Assembly (NCBI GenBank): GCA_951406725.2
Contig: OX597832.1
Location: 12,896,001 to 12,960,000 of the forward strand
DNA from: Octopus vulgaris
Taxonomy: Eukaryota
DNA: 64,000 nt
Direction of reading: 5' to 3'
Position numbers and translations under genes: made by a program. Below the pieces are notes generated by a model, which was not told the DNA's origin, searched no databases, and was given only the letters and a program-made list of their open reading frames with translations. Below, in pieces: positions 1 through 13,576 of the stretch (position 1 is the stretch's first letter; every line of letters begins with the position of its first letter).

Positions 1-1286
1 AAGACTATCGTGACAAGAGGTGTGGAGTGGCCGAAAGCAAGGGTCCAGAAAAGACGTTTATTGACAGAGAGTGGACCAGAAACAAGGGCCTAGCTGTTTG
101 TATGCGTGCAGAACAACACAAACAGAAATACAAAGTGTCTTGACAAACCAGCCCCTGGGCACATGGAAGGACCTGCTTGATGGCCGATAGTGAAAAATGA
201 ATTATCTGTTAATAATAAGGTAGTGAGGTGGGAGAACTCTTACTGCATTCTGAGTTCAAATAATTACAGGAGAAAACAAATGTCAACAAGTGATATTTCT
301 TTATTTTTCTTTTTTTATAGGTAATAAAGTATTTTTTTGTATCTTCTAATGCTTAAGTTTAATTTTCTTCTAATGCTTAAGTTTCCAATAGCACCTACTG
401 TCGTATTTCCGTTATTTATAACATTCTTCAAGCTCCGAGCATAAATAATAAATCACCACCGTAAATAGACAATTTCGGAATCATTGAGTCACCTACTTAT
501 CAATCAATCAATGTCACTAGCACGAGAAGGTCGTAGATGCACACAGAGAAACGCAAGCTCTCCCACTCAATTCTTCTTTACTATTCAGCCGACCTGATGT
601 TTTCCAACATTTTCATCCTGTTCATTCTTTGATGTTACACTTCCACCTACTTTCTGGTCTTTTTTATACCACTAAAACACCAACGTTAGTCTCTACATCT
701 ACAACGCTTTTCATTTGCTTAACGGAATTATAATATTGATTTTTCCTTCTTGACAGAAAAGTCGTCGTGTACTACACTATTAGGTACGCTTTTCTCTCTT
801 AGATGTTCCCACTTAAAGATTTTGAATTTTGCAATAACATAAGTCGTTAAGTCTATTCTGTAAACCTCTTCTCAAATATAACCTTCACCGAGTTTATGTC
901 CTCTTCCTTTATTCGAGTCTATATTTATTTTTCTTCTTCTTTTTTTTTTTTGTAGCGGTCGTTTAGACCCATGCAATTAATTAACTGAACATAGCTACAT
1001 TAAATTGTGTTCAAGATCTTCATCATTCTAGCTTTGTTTTTTCTTTCGAGTTAACCTAGAGTAATATGGACTATGATAACTCTTTCTTATTTAAATCACT
1101 AGCAAGTGATACTAGAAAGATTTGGCAGATACTTCTAGGAAGTTAACAGGTTAACATAGGTAACTTGTATGATACTCCATGTCACCGAAAGTTCACGACA
1201 TTGAAGTCCAATAGTTTAAAGACATTAAAATTCATTTAATGAAAATGATTTGTGTTTCATAAACGGAACAATTCTGTGTAAACATA

Positions 1287-1449
1287 CGTAGGTGTAACTG
1301 TGTGGTTAGAAGTTTGGTTTATCCCTATATGGTTACGGGTTCAGTCCCACTGAGTGGCACATTGGGCAAGTGTCTTCCATTATATCCTCGGACACACTAA
1401 ATCCTTGTGAGTAGATTTGGTAGACGGAAAATGACAACTGAAAGAAGCT

Positions 1450-1501
<52 letters not shown>

Positions 1502-1507
1502 ATATAT

Positions 1508-1571
<64 letters not shown>

Positions 1572-1660
1572 GGTGTAGTGTTGTATGTTTATGTTGTCCC
1601 CCACCATCGCTTGACAAAAAATGGTGGTGTGTTTACGTCCCCGTAACTTAGCGGTTCGGT
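1287..1660 (+). mobile_element. tRNA-derived SINE family B (CORE-SINE-like) with internal (TA)n(TG)n
   Basis: B-box GGTTCAGTCCC, CORE-like TTGGGCAAGTG, then GATTTGGTAGACGGAAA and ATCGCTTGACAA..GTCCCCGTAACTTAGCGGTTCGG; several copies in the window. Confidence 0.85.
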
Positions 1661-1969
1661 AAATATGTGTGTGCACGTGTGTGCGTATATGTATACGAAT
1701 ATAAAAAGGAGGGCAGGCTAGAGAGAAGAGAGAGAGAGAGAGCGAGCCAATGAGTTTACATTTCACTCATAGCTCAGTGATCTCGCGTCTTGTCAATGTC
1801 CTGTCTTCTTAAAGCATACAGACATGCCTTCGCCAGTGTGTGTAGGTGCGCGCGCACATTTGAGAAGAAAGAGTGTTCGCTCGTCTTTTTACCTTTGACC
1901 TGTAATGGATGTCAACTTAATTGGTTCATGTGGAAGCACGCTTTCATTGTTGTTATTGTTGCGTTATTC

Positions 1970-2145
1970 TGCTGCGAGCTGGCATAATCGTTTTGAGTTC
2001 AAACTCTTCCGAGTTCTAACTTTGCTTTTCATCCTTTGGGGGTCCATTAAATAAGTACCAGTTACGTACTGGGGTCGATGCAATCGACTTATACCCTTTG
2101 TTTGTCCTCTCTGTTTAGCCCCCTGTGGGCAATAAAGAAATAAAA
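1970..2145 (+). mobile_element. tRNA-derived SINE family A, internally deleted
   Basis: GAGTTCAAA..CTTTGCTTTTCATCCTTT..AAGTACCAGTTACGTACTGGGGTCGAT..CAATAAAGAAATA. Confidence 0.8.
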
Positions 2146-2597
2146 TATCAACCAAATAGCACCGTTACAAATCAACCGTATTATTTCTTTTTAATAGTTT
2201 TCATACAGGGATAATTATATAATCTTTATTTTGCTCTGAGATTTCAAGAAGGTGTGTGTATGCATGTGTTACTCCCGATTTATTTATTTATTTATTTATC
2301 ATTATTATTTCTTTTGTGATATCAGCAACCTTGAAACTTTTATTTATAGATTTATTCATTTTGTGGTGAGGTTTGTTTCTAGAAAGCAATTGTCGATTCG
2401 TATCACTTTTAATTTTCTTTAGTATTGCTTTCCAGCAAATAATGGGCCAGGACTCATGCTGTACACTTCTCTGAAAATAGGTTTTCTATGCCTGGTTGTT
2501 ATTTTCCTCTCATTGTTATTCTAAGCTAGAAAATGAAGTAAGGGGTATATTTCCTTTTTAACATCATAAGTTTTCTTTGTTTCAGTATAAGGATAAA

Positions 2598-2890
2598 TGA
2601 TGATGATGGCAATCTCTCAAGGTCGAGGATGATGGTCTTCGCGCAAATTTACTGGTGAGTCCGTAGGTGAACGAAAAGACCAATTCTTGCTTGAAAAGAT
2701 CGGTCGCAGTGCGGACATCTAGTGTCAGAAGGGAGAGTTGCACGTGGTTGTTGTTGGCGCTCCTTCCGTCGTCGTCTTTTCTCCTCCAGCTCTGCAGACC
2801 TTTTCGACTGGAAAGTCGCCGTTCCCTCATGGATGGTGGTTTTCCAGAGTGGTCTGTTTTTTGCCGTTTCCTCCCAGTTAGTGAAGGATA
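2598..2890 (-). mobile_element. 3' end of an RTE-clade (BovB-like) LINE
   Basis: Minus strand encodes NWEETAKNRPLWKTTIHEGTATFQSKRSAELEEKRRRRKERQQQPRATLPSDTRCPHCDRSFQARIGLFVHLRTHQ*, a C2H2-ended RTE ORF C-terminus. Short UTR and (CAT)n tail; flanking TATAAGGATAAAT duplication. Confidence 0.88.
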
Positions 2891-3122
2891 AAATATAAGG
2901 ATAAATATAAGGATAAAATATACCACAACGATAAAATTTTACTCCAGCTTTCCCTATATTAGAACCAAAGATATTTCGATCTGTAGAAGATTTCGTTATT
3001 GCAACTAATGCTGTTGTTGCTCTTGTAGCTGCCGTAGTTGCTGTGATTCTTGTTAGTCCCCCAATCGCTGACCTTTTACATGTAACGTTTTATATGTAAC
3101 CTTTCATTATTTTGATGGTATC

Positions 3123-3290
3123 TAAGGCGGCGAGCTGTCTTTACGTTCAGAATTCAAGTTACGCCGAGATCAACTTTGCCTTTCATACTTTCTGGGTCGA
3201 TAAATTAAGAACCAGATGCGTACTGGGGTCGATCTAATCGACTGACCCTCTCCCCCAAAATTTCAGGCCTTGTCCCTCGAGTAGAAAAGA
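3123..3290 (+). mobile_element. SINE family A, internally deleted
   Basis: TAAGGCGGCGAGCTG head, shared core, and GGCCTTGTCCCTCGAGTAGAAAAG tail. Confidence 0.82.
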
Positions 3291-3722
3291 ATATTTTGTA
3301 TATCCATGAATGACATTAGCCTGTGTTATTACAACTGATGAAAGATATAATCAGAAAAAAGACGATGACGTATGTGACGTAGAGTACGAGTAATTGATAT
3401 ATCAACTGATGCCATGTAAAAATTGAAGTAAGATATCAAGGAAAATTGAAACCTAAAATACAGTTACTTCTGTATAGAAAACAAAGTATGATATTTAGCT
3501 TTAAGTAAGCCCTTGTAAGATATTGGAACATCACAAACATAATTCCTATAAATTAATATTAAAAGCACGTTAATGAATACTTCACAATTGATATAGTTAT
3601 AGGCAGGAACACATTTGATAGTTCCTATTAAATAGACGAAACAAAGGCTATTGTCTTTTTATTCTACCTTGAATGTGGTTCTGATTTATTTGGTCAAGTG
3701 GAAAAAGCAGCAAAGCAAAAAA

Positions 3723-4254
3723 GAAGTGTCTCCAGCCGATTTTATTTTTCCATAACTTTCTTTAAAAATGCATATTTTTAATGAAACTTTTGAAGAGAAA
3801 TATTTTTGATGTTACAGATTACGATTGTGTTGGAAAAAGTTTCACAAAATTCTTTTGAAGAGTTTCGGAAAATCACTCCCTCCAGAACTGTGTCTCCTCA
3901 AAACATTCTTTAAAATGCAACTTTTTTAATGAAGTTTTCCAGATCTACGCTTTCGAGTGTGTGGAGTAAGATTATTTTGATAAAATTTGAGAGGGAAAAA
4001 AAAATTAATCGTAATCTACACCATCGAAAACTTATCTCTGGAAAATTTCTTAAAAAAAAAATTCACATTATAAAGAAAAAAAAGATTGTTTTGATGTTCT
4101 TCAAAAACAGATTTTCTTTTTCAAGTTTTTTTTCCTCTTAAAATCGTAATCTGCATCTAAAATGTAACGCTGGAAAATTTCATTCAAAAAGTATGCATTT
4201 AAAAAAAAAATTATGGAGAAAGAATGGTAACGAAGTCGGCGGTGGGTGTACTTC
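3723..4254. mobile_element. Old MITE or foldback element with long imperfect TIRs and internal subrepeats
   Basis: GCCGATTT..TTTCCATAACTTTCTTTAAAAATGCATATTTTTAATGAAA..CAGATTACGATT is mirrored by AATCGTAATCTG..TTTCATTCAAAAAGTATGCATTTAAAA..TTATGGAGAAA..AAGTCGGC. Confidence 0.7.
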
Positions 4255-4527
4255 TGCAGTTATGCCGAGAAGTACTTGGTTTTCTTGAGCATGACATGCC
4301 TTCAACGAATGAATGCAGCACTCATTGGTTGTTTACTTTTAACACTGCTAAAACAATACTTCCTTCCATTAATCGCTGTTCCTATGCTAGATACTCTGCT
4401 TCGGAGCTTTTCTAATCCTCATCTTTCGGATTTCAATTTCTTTAAAAATCTTAGTTCAATAGTTATATTACATCGGTTGCTTTAAACTTTCGTACGCTAT
4501 ATTTGGTACAAGAAATTTATGTTGATT

Positions 4528-4737
4528 TCAAATTTTGACACAAGGCCAGCAACTTTGGGGAAGAGAGTTAGTGGATTAGACTGATCCCGTTGCTCAACTG
4601 GTACTTATTTTATCGAGCCTAAAAGGTTGAAAGGCAAAGACGAACCCGGCGGCGTATGAGCTTAGATCATAAAGTCGGAAGAAATGCCGCTATGCATATT
4701 TTCCAGAAAGTTTAACGGGTCTGCCAACTCGCTTCCC
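4528..4737 (-). mobile_element. SINE family A, diverged
   Basis: Reverse complement of the family A head, core and tail. Confidence 0.75.
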
Positions 4738-4780
4738 TCAAGTAACTAATAATATTGGATATTATTATATAATATAAAGA

Positions 4781-5345
4781 TAAGGCAGCAAGCTGGCAGA
4801 ATCGTTAGTACGCTGGACGAAATGCTTAGCGGCATTTCGCCCGCCGCTGCGTTCTGAGTTCAAATTCCGCCGGGGTTGACTTTGCCTTTCATCCTTTCGG
4901 GTTCGATAAATTAAATACCAGTCGCACACTGGGGTCGATATCATCGACTTAATCCGTTTGTATGTCCTTGTTCGTCCCCTCTGTGTTTAGCCCCTTGTGG
5001 GTAGTAAAGAAACAGGTATTTCGCCTGTCTTTACGTTGTGAGTTCAAATTCCGCCGAGGTCGACTTTGCCTTTCATACTTTCGGGGTCGATTAAATAGGT
5101 ACCAGTTACGCACTGGAGTCGATATAATCGACTTAATCCGTTTGCCTGTTCTTGTTTGTTCTGAGTGTGTGTGTGTGTGTGTGTGTCTCTATGTTTGTCC
5201 CACCACCATCGCTTGACAACCAATGTTGATTTGTTTATCTCCCCGTAACTTGGCGGTTCGGCAAAAGAAACCGATAGAAGAATTACTAGGCTTACAAGAA
5301 TGTGTCATGGGACCGATTAAATGACTGAAACAAATAAAAGAATAA
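4781..5345 (+). mobile_element. SINE family A dimer fused to the 3' half of a family B SINE
   Basis: Two tandem A units (4781-5013, 5014-5160), then (TG)n and the family B 3' part. Confidence 0.82.
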
Positions 5346-5369
5346 AACAAAAAAAAGAACGCACACACA

Positions 5370-5427
<58 letters not shown>

Positions 5428-7732
5428 TCTCATATATGTATAAATATTTGAGGGTCTTATATATATATACATATACATATGTATATTTATGTATATGTAT
5501 ATACATAAATTCGCACACACAGCATGCACCTAATAATTTCCATTTAAATGACTAAACAGTTACAGTACCAGTTTTATTCCATTGGGAACCCGACCAATAT
5601 TAACAAGAATAAGAAATGAGAACAATTGACAGTAGTCATTAACAAGCATGACATATCTTGTGTTATATTAGAATTACCAAATGAATCATACAACTCAATT
5701 ATCTTATGATAATAGTTTCCATTGTCGGGAATGTTTGATTATGCATTCAGATCGTAAATAGTTTAACGTTCAGTAAACAGCATTACTCTTGTTAATTATT
5801 TATATATGGCTGCATTCTCTATTAATTTCGTTTCCTTCACACATGCCCTAGAAGCTTGTTTTACAACGCAAACAGAGATAACGATAATTCGTTGTCCCAG
5901 GAGATTCAAAATGTTAATGATTAACAACAGAACTGAACCCATTTTGTTAAAGCCACACTGAATAAATTATATTTGATTAATAATAGATTATAACTGGCAA
6001 TCAAATTTATGCGTATCGGTTTAATGCATAATCAGTAGTGGGCAGTATGCTAAAGAATACATTATCACATAGTAATAATATACTATTATAAAATGGAATA
6101 CATAATTTGATAACTGACTCTAGTTAAGTTATATTATGCATCTCGCATCAAGTTATAGTGAATATTTCAGTATTCTTAACAAACATGAGAAAAAATAATT
6201 ATATTTCACAGCCTAATTGAAAATTCTGTGCTGGAAGTGAGAGGTATTACAAGAATTTTATATCATTTTTAAAATATATATTCTCTCTATTTGTTTCGTG
6301 GAGGCACATGGCCTACTGATTAGAGCAGCGGACATTTTTAAACATGATGGCCACCGCTACTAATTATTATTTTTAGTAATTTTTACCCTATATATTTATA
6401 CACACACACACACACAAGCACAGATACATGTTTATATCTATCTATCTATCTTTCTAAGACTTGTGAGTGGATTTGGTAGAAGGAAATTAAAACAATCCCA
6501 TCGTAATTAGACTGGACCGGAAACCACGTTCTGAAAAACGAGCCTCCGCCTATTAGAAAGAATAATTCTTGAAATGCTGGTATTATGGGTTCACACATGG
6601 TTATATGATGGATAAAGAAGATTTCCCAGTGTTATTATTGTGGCTTTTAAAAGTATCGAGAATATTTCTGCAACTATTTCTCTATGTTCCTTCTCTGTTG
6701 CAACGTTAATTATTTAAAATAACAACTGCGAATCCTGATAAACGTTGAGGGTTTCGATTTAATTAAATGAAACATAAATAAATAAAATGCAAAAAAAAAC
6801 AAAGACTATGATAACATATTTCAAAGTAAAATAATAAAACGAATAATAAAGAGATGGTTATATTTAAAGAGGTTCTTCATTAATTTTAAATTAATCAAAA
6901 TCCTATTAAATAGAATTAAAATTGGACACACACAAAGAAAAATGTGAAGAAAATCCAACATTGGCAAACAACCATAGTAATTTATACAAAATATATAAAA
7001 CATATATGATAAAGACATTTCAAACAAACTACTGAATATTAATGGAAAGGTTAATCATAGCAGCTCCGATTTCCTATGTTTTGTACAAACTATTTATTGG
7101 TAAGATATCTTTTCTGTTATCAATGAAAATATTTAATTATTTCTATCAGCGTATTCTTGTTAGTTTCCGCAAATATTTATTGTGCTTCATTACTAGGAGT
7201 ATTGGAGAATTAGGTCATAACATTATTATTCTTTGGAGCTTTTTGTGGGCTTCTGATGCGAAGTAAAGATCATGCTGGAGCACCAAAGATAAACAAAAAC
7301 GAAAAGAAAGAAGAACGAAAGTAAATAATGAATTCCATATTTGATTATTAGACATTTGATTAATTCCCTTTATTATTATTCCAATAGAGTGAGATATATG
7401 ACAGTTACTTAAGCTTTACTAATTTTCAATTTGCTAAACTGAAAGAAACCCGACGTCGGTAGAAAAATAGAATCCAAATATTTGGTGTAGAGCGAGATGT
7501 CAAACAAGAAACGGATATCACATTGCAAGGAAATTGAAGTAGAGTAAAAGCATGTCGTGAAGAAGTGGGGATTGAAGGGGGCACACAAATAGAATATTAT
7601 AAAAGATTAAGTTTCATAAAAGGGCTAAAGAACGTAAGAGAAATCAAAAAAGGTGCCCCTGAAAGGAATATGGAATATAGTGTAAATATACACTCGTGCA
7701 CACGTAGGTACAAGCATGTGTACCTAAACACA

Positions 7733-8110
7733 CGCTTGGTAAGAAGTTCGCTTCCCATTCTCATACTTCCGGGTTCAGTGCAACTGAGCAAGTGTCTTCT
7801 ACTATTGCCCTAGGCCGACCAATACCATGTGAGTGGATTTGGTATACGGAAACTGAAAGTATCACGTCATAGATAGATAGGTAGATAGACAGATAGACAG
7901 ATAAAGACTGAGAGAGAGAGAGAGAGAGAGTGAGTGAGAGAGTGCAATGTGTGTAACTATGTGTATGTGTCTTTGCGTTTGTTTGACCACCACCATCACT
8001 TGATGGCAAGTTTGGCTGTTTACGTCCCCGAAAAATAGCGGTTCGACAAATTGACACCGATAGAATAAGCATCAGGTTTAAAGTTATGTGCTGTCGTCCT
8101 TGCATGGCTG
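7733..8110 (+). mobile_element. SINE family B copy with internal (GATA)n/(GA)n
   Basis: Homologous to 1287-1660 and 28581-28850. Confidence 0.8.
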
Positions 8111-8127
8111 CAAGAATGTGTGTGTGA

Positions 8128-8178
<51 letters not shown>

Positions 8179-8574
8179 TGTGTTTAGTGTGTGTCTGTAT
8201 GCATGTAGGCATGCATGCTTATCCAGGCATACAGTGTATTTTCAGATAAATCACTGTCATGTTGCACGCAATAGCGCGTTTAATAGCTAAAGGAGATATA
8301 AGTCAATTCATTCTTGGATATCCCGTGCCTAAATAAATAATAAATAAAGAAGACCCCTAACAAAAACGATGGTCACAGTATGTAAATCTTAAATAATAAA
8401 TATATCCCCTCTTTCACACTACTGGAGGGACAATCAACAACAATCCAACGATGATTATTCATGTAGAGAATACAACCTACATTCTAGCTGCTATATATTA
8501 ACTGAAACTGCTCGGAAATAGCAATCGAATTTTTTTATCTAATCCCATCTGGCAGTGTTAATATGGCAACCTTC

Positions 8575-9015
8575 CGGAGCTGTTATCACAACGGACAAAA
8601 TGCTAAGCAGCGTCCAGCCTGTCTTTTCGTTCTGAGTTCAAAATTCGCAGAGGTCGGCTTCGCCTTTCATACTTTCAGGTTCGATAAAATAAGTAGCAGT
8701 TGACCACTGGGATCAACGTAATCTCTTTCTTTACTAAACACAGAGAGGACAATCAATGACAGACAAACAGATTAAGTCGATTATATCGACCCCAGTACGT
8801 AACTGGTACTTATTTAATCGACCCCGAAAGGATGAAAGGGAAAGTCGACCTCGGCGGAATTTGAACTCAGAACGTAGCGGCAGACGAAATACCGATAAGC
8901 ATTTCGCCCGGCGTGCTAACGATTCTGCCAGCTTGCCGTCTTAATCACTGGGATCAATGTAATCGACTTACATTCACCCCCCGATATTATAGGCCTTGTG
9001 CCAAAATCTGAAACC
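8575..9015. mobile_element. Nested family A SINEs: a minus-strand copy (8724-8945) inside a plus-strand copy
   Basis: 19-bp target duplication CACTGGGATCAAYGTAATC at 8705-8723 and 8946-8964. Confidence 0.82.
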
Positions 9016-10090
9016 AATATATATATGATATATGACACTTGAAGAGTGGTCCGTGATTTTCTATATAAGAATAAATGACGGTATAGTCATTAGTCTAAAT
9101 ACCACACACCCCACCAACAGCAACACCAGCAGCAGCAAAAACAACCACACCAACAGATGTATGGGTCTTAAGTATGTATAGCAGAAATTTCCTTTGTTAA
9201 TGATACTTTCAAATTTAAGGACTAGGCCAAGAGGTTTGGAGTGTGGGTTTGTCATTTACACTGATACAAGCACTTGATTGGTATTTTATTTTCTCCACGA
9301 AAAGATTTCAGGCAAAATTAACCACGGCTGGATTTGAAGAGCCCTAACTATCCTTCAGTACATAAAAGTAATAAATGTATTAAAACTAAACCAAGATCCA
9401 GAGTTCGCTTTGATGTATTGATGTAAAATACGGTCGTTATACACACACATACTTGAACACAGCTGGAGGCACATACAAACACTCGCATTTAGAAAAATGA
9501 TAAGTAAACGAAAGGCTGTGAGACTGTCTATATATATAAAAAAAATATTCAGTGAGAGTGACAAGTTCGTAAAGGTCAATGAGGGAAAGAAGACAAACAC
9601 ACAATCGGGGAGCTGTTAGAACAGCCTACGCTTTGTGTGGGCAAACAAGTATGTACACATACAAACTAACAAGGGTATAAAAAATATAAACAATATAAAC
9701 AAAAATAAACGATAAGAGAGTGGGGGTGTTAACATTAAATATAAGAGGTGTTAATGAGTCCATTGGCATCTGCGTTACAGAAATACATAGACTGACAAGA
9801 GTAAGTGACTTGGACTTGTGTCTACTACTTACGAGGTTAATATTAGATAATCGAGAAGCTCGCTATATTGCATGTGTGTAATACTCCATAATACGCAGTT
9901 AATTTGCCCAATGTTACCCCGTATCAATTAATTCCAAATCAAAATTGCTGTTATTCATTATTTTCCAGCATTAATGAGTGCAAAATACACATCGTCCTTC
10001 CAAAGTATCTAATAGAAATATAAGATTATGCAAGCATAACTTTAGCCGATATATATATGTATGTATGTATGTTATGTATGTATATGTATG

Positions 10091-10150
10091 ATTGATTGAT
10101 TGACTCTAGTTTCAGCTCATGAGCTGTGGCCATGCTGGGGCACCGCCATT
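10091..10150 (-). mobile_element. Extreme 3' end of a LINE or SINE with (TCAA)n tail
   Basis: Minus strand GGCGGTGCCCCAGCATGGCCACAGCTCATGAGCTGAAACTAGAG followed by (TCAA)n; a related CATGCTGGAGCACC occurs at ~7271. Confidence 0.55.
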
Positions 10151-10217
<67 letters not shown>

Positions 10218-10222
<5 letters not shown>

Positions 10223-10344
10223 GTAGGTGCCATACGTTGTGGGTATATATTTATAAAAAAGAAGTTTAAAAACGCCACTATATAAGATAATTATTTATTT
10301 TCTTGGAGATTAAAATTTATCTTATAATGTGGCTTTTTCAAACT

Positions 10345-10350
<6 letters not shown>
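10218..10350. repeat. Short insert in (TA)n ending in an imperfect inverted repeat
   Basis: AAAAGAAGTTTAAAAACGCCACTATATAAGATAA (10257-10290) pairs with TTATCTTATAATGTGGCTTTTTCAAACTTCTTTT (10317-10350). Confidence 0.75.
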
Positions 10351-10416
<66 letters not shown>

Positions 10417-11328
10417 ATTTACAATTCTGAATATGCCGATGTAAATGATATTAAAGACTAAGCTGTTGACAATCTTATGATCTGTATTTCCAAATTTCCA
10501 TGTCCGGTCGCCAATCTAGAACTAACAACCGAATCTTCTTTAAGTCACAAAACAACGATGCAGTCCTAGATATAGACACAGATTGGATGCTAACAGCTCT
10601 AATTCTTTTCATCGCTGGCCTTATGAATATGGGTTGACCGTAGCTAAACAAAAGCAACAACGAAACTGGAAGACAAAAACAACAACAATAACAATTCATT
10701 TCACTCTTTAAAGCGATTGACACTTCTTTATGGAAACCTTTACATCGTGCTGATTTAATCCCCCTAACATGTCGAGGTGAAAATTTTCAAGAAGATAATA
10801 TCAGACCCCCCACATAATTCTGCCAAGCTTACAGTATGTAAAGAAATATAAAGAGATTCGTATGACATATTTATGTTAATGGAAACATCTGCAAAAAACT
10901 TAAGTTTCTTGTTGCGCACAAATTAAAAAAATATAACATGATAACGACAAGTCTGTTAGTTGATGCTAATGATGATAAAATGTCGAAAATAAGTAATATA
11001 GACTTGTAATAATGACAATGTTGATGTTAAATCAATCTGGGTTCGTTTATGTGGTTGACTGCAATTTTGGAATTATTGCTACCATTAATATCATCACCCT
11101 GCTAACGTTAGTAAAGAAACAAATAAAAGCTGGTGAGGGGACGAGAAACTATCTATTTCTGCTTGCAGCTATAAAGTTACTTAAAACAATGAATATACGG
11201 CACATGTTACTAAGCTCTACAAGTTCGCAAGTGAATACTGTTAAAAATAAAACAACAAACATTATATATGTATGTATGTACACACACACACACACACATA
11301 CACACATATAGGTAGATTGATAGTTAAC

Positions 11329-11416
<88 letters not shown>

Positions 11417-11467
11417 TCTGGAAACATGGATTGATACATACATAAATAGATAGGCGGATAGAGAAAT

Positions 11468-11519
<52 letters not shown>

Positions 11520-11575
11520 TGTGACCAGCGATATGTACCAACATCTGGTAGCCTGATCAGTCACGTTGATCATGA

Positions 11576-11612
<37 letters not shown>

Positions 11613-11655
11613 AATATATGTGTAAATATGCATGTATATTCACATACATACACAC

Positions 11656-11710
<55 letters not shown>

Positions 11711-11718
11711 CACACACA

Positions 11719-12273
11719 CAGAGTGTCTCAATAAAATGTATAAGCACTTTGAATACTTATAAAGGCAATATTTATTAGTATACCCAGTTTTTTAAAGAGT
11801 AATATGATCTACAGACATAGCTGAAAAGCATTTAAATACCCATGAAATGTTTGCACAAATTAAATAATTTAAATCAAGTAGAATCCATTTGATTCGATTC
11901 TTTAAAGATTTTGCTATCGTCTGTTTTCAAATTAATATCTAGCGGTAAGTAAAAGAATCAATAACGGGAAGAAACATGTCATTAGGTATTTGAGTGCATT
12001 CTTGGTCAATGGGATCTCTCAATTCAACAAACTTATTAATGATTCGAGAGATGGTTACTCGCGTAGATGGGTGTGATTGAAATTGTCTTTTATAATGTCT
12101 TTGGACTTCAACTGTGTTTCATACTTCCAATAGCATTTTCGGGTGAATTTCATTTGTTCAACGCTAAGACTCCACGTTATCATCTATTCTTATTGGCAAA
12201 TGTGAATTATCTACTGATAAGTATCGCCTTTGTAGGTATTTAAAGTGTGTATACATTTTATTGAGACCCTCTG
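11719..12273 (-). mobile_element. Tc1/mariner-superfamily deletion derivative with ~60-bp TIRs
   Basis: CAGAGTGTCTCAATAAAATGTAT... / ...ATACATTTTATTGAGACCCTCTG followed by TA. The internal minus strand encodes an HTH-like remnant (KCYWKYE..VEVQRHYKRQFQSHPSTRVTISRIINKF). A solo TIR copy lies at 12605-12665. Confidence 0.85.
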
Positions 12274-12286
12274 TATATATATATAT

Positions 12287-12522
12287 ATATTGTTATATTT
12301 CGGAATGGTCATATTGCCAGTTTAGCCAATAAAAACACACGCACTATATATTTGGTGTTATTTTGCTTAGTGTGTTATTTATTTTTTACATTAAACTTAA
12401 TCTTATTTCGGCCAGAGTTCTTTCGTCACACTCCTGTGACCGTATCAGTGGTCCTTTGTTTTCTTCTTACTTATTTGTGTCTCTCCTTACTAACCGTCAG
12501 CCATTCCGAAATATAACAATAT
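12287..12522. mobile_element. Element next to (TA)n bounded by a perfect 22-bp inverted repeat and containing a hammerhead-like motif
   Basis: ATATTGTTATATTTCGGAATGG ... CCATTCCGAAATATAACAATAT. Shares GCCAA(A)TAAA(AA)CACACGCAC and CTTTCGTCACAC blocks with the 42.7-43.3 kb repeat. Confidence 0.7.
12410..12454 (-). ncRNA. Degenerate hammerhead-like motif, same stem II family as 42969/43098
   Basis: Minus strand: GGACCA-CUGAUAC-G-GUCACA ggag UGUGAC-GAAA-G aa C-UC-UGGCC. G8 and A9 are altered, so it is probably inactive. Confidence 0.45.
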
Positions 12523-12576
12523 CTGTTTCAACACACGACTTCACATAAAAAATCTTGCACAACAAATATTTAAACG

Positions 12577-12608
<32 letters not shown>

Positions 12609-12695
12609 GTATCTCAGTAAAATGTATACATATTTTGAATACCTAGAAAGACGATATTTATTAGTATGTCTATTAGAATATGTATATATATACAT

Positions 12696-12742
<47 letters not shown>

Positions 12743-13366
12743 CATACACACATACATGTGTACCTGGCTTTTTTATATTGGAATAGTTAACTCTTGTATT
12801 CTCTTTTCATGGATGAATGTATAAATGTGGCAAGTAATCTCTTCAATAAGAGAAGAGTTCTCTTGAGAAAAGCAAAATAAGATTTAGAATATTGAATATC
12901 TTCTTGCGATGGAAATATAATAAGGTTTTTGTAATCCTGTAATGTTTTTGAACCGGTATTAAATGTGTGCCCATTTTCAGGTACTTAAAGGTATATGAAA
13001 GGGAAAATCCCCTGAGGTCATCATTTACAAAATCTAAAGAACTACATTTGACTTACGAGTGGCTACGATACACTGATTATGTGTGTGTATATGTATGTGT
13101 GATCGTCTATCTTTAGAAATTATTCACCCCCCTGCTACTTTACACAGTGTAGGTCTTATGCCCAAGAATATACACGCATCACTTTGCGTCACACTTTAAT
13201 ATACGCTGATGTGTATGTTGGTAAATATATCTATCTAGCAGTTACCCAATATCTTATAGCTAAAAACATTAGAATTTTGTAATAATTCTAATTACTGTAA
13301 TTATTTCATGTATATGTAATAATATAACTGCATTTATAACTGTAATTATATTATGTATATGTAATA

Positions 13367-13507
13367 TAAGGTTGTCCCAAAAGTTCGTAGAAAGTCTTGG
13401 AAAATAATGGTCTTTATTTTGAGGAATAATTTTTGTTGTTTTTGTTAGTACTTGGCGAGTAAAAATTCAATTTTCGCAAGTGTTTACGAACTTTTGGGAC
13501 AACCTAA
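13367..13507. mobile_element. 141-bp mariner-type MITE about 70 nt upstream of the neuroligin exon
   Basis: TIRs TAAGGTTGTCCCAAAAGTTCGTA / TACGAACTTTTGGGACAACCTAA with a TA target duplication. Confidence 0.88.
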
Positions 13508-13576
13508 TAATATAATTGCATTTAGTATAAACTTGTGTTTATATGAATTGATTATATTTTTCTATTCTTCTAACAG

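Noticed and set aside
1-260. More GC-rich start of the window, possibly a LINE 3' remnant
   Set aside because: No diagnostic motif could be read in any frame.
6298-6334. tRNA-like 5' half GGAGGCACATGGCCTACTGATTAGAGCAGCGGAC
   Set aside because: No T-arm or B-box; more likely a truncated SINE head than a tRNA gene.
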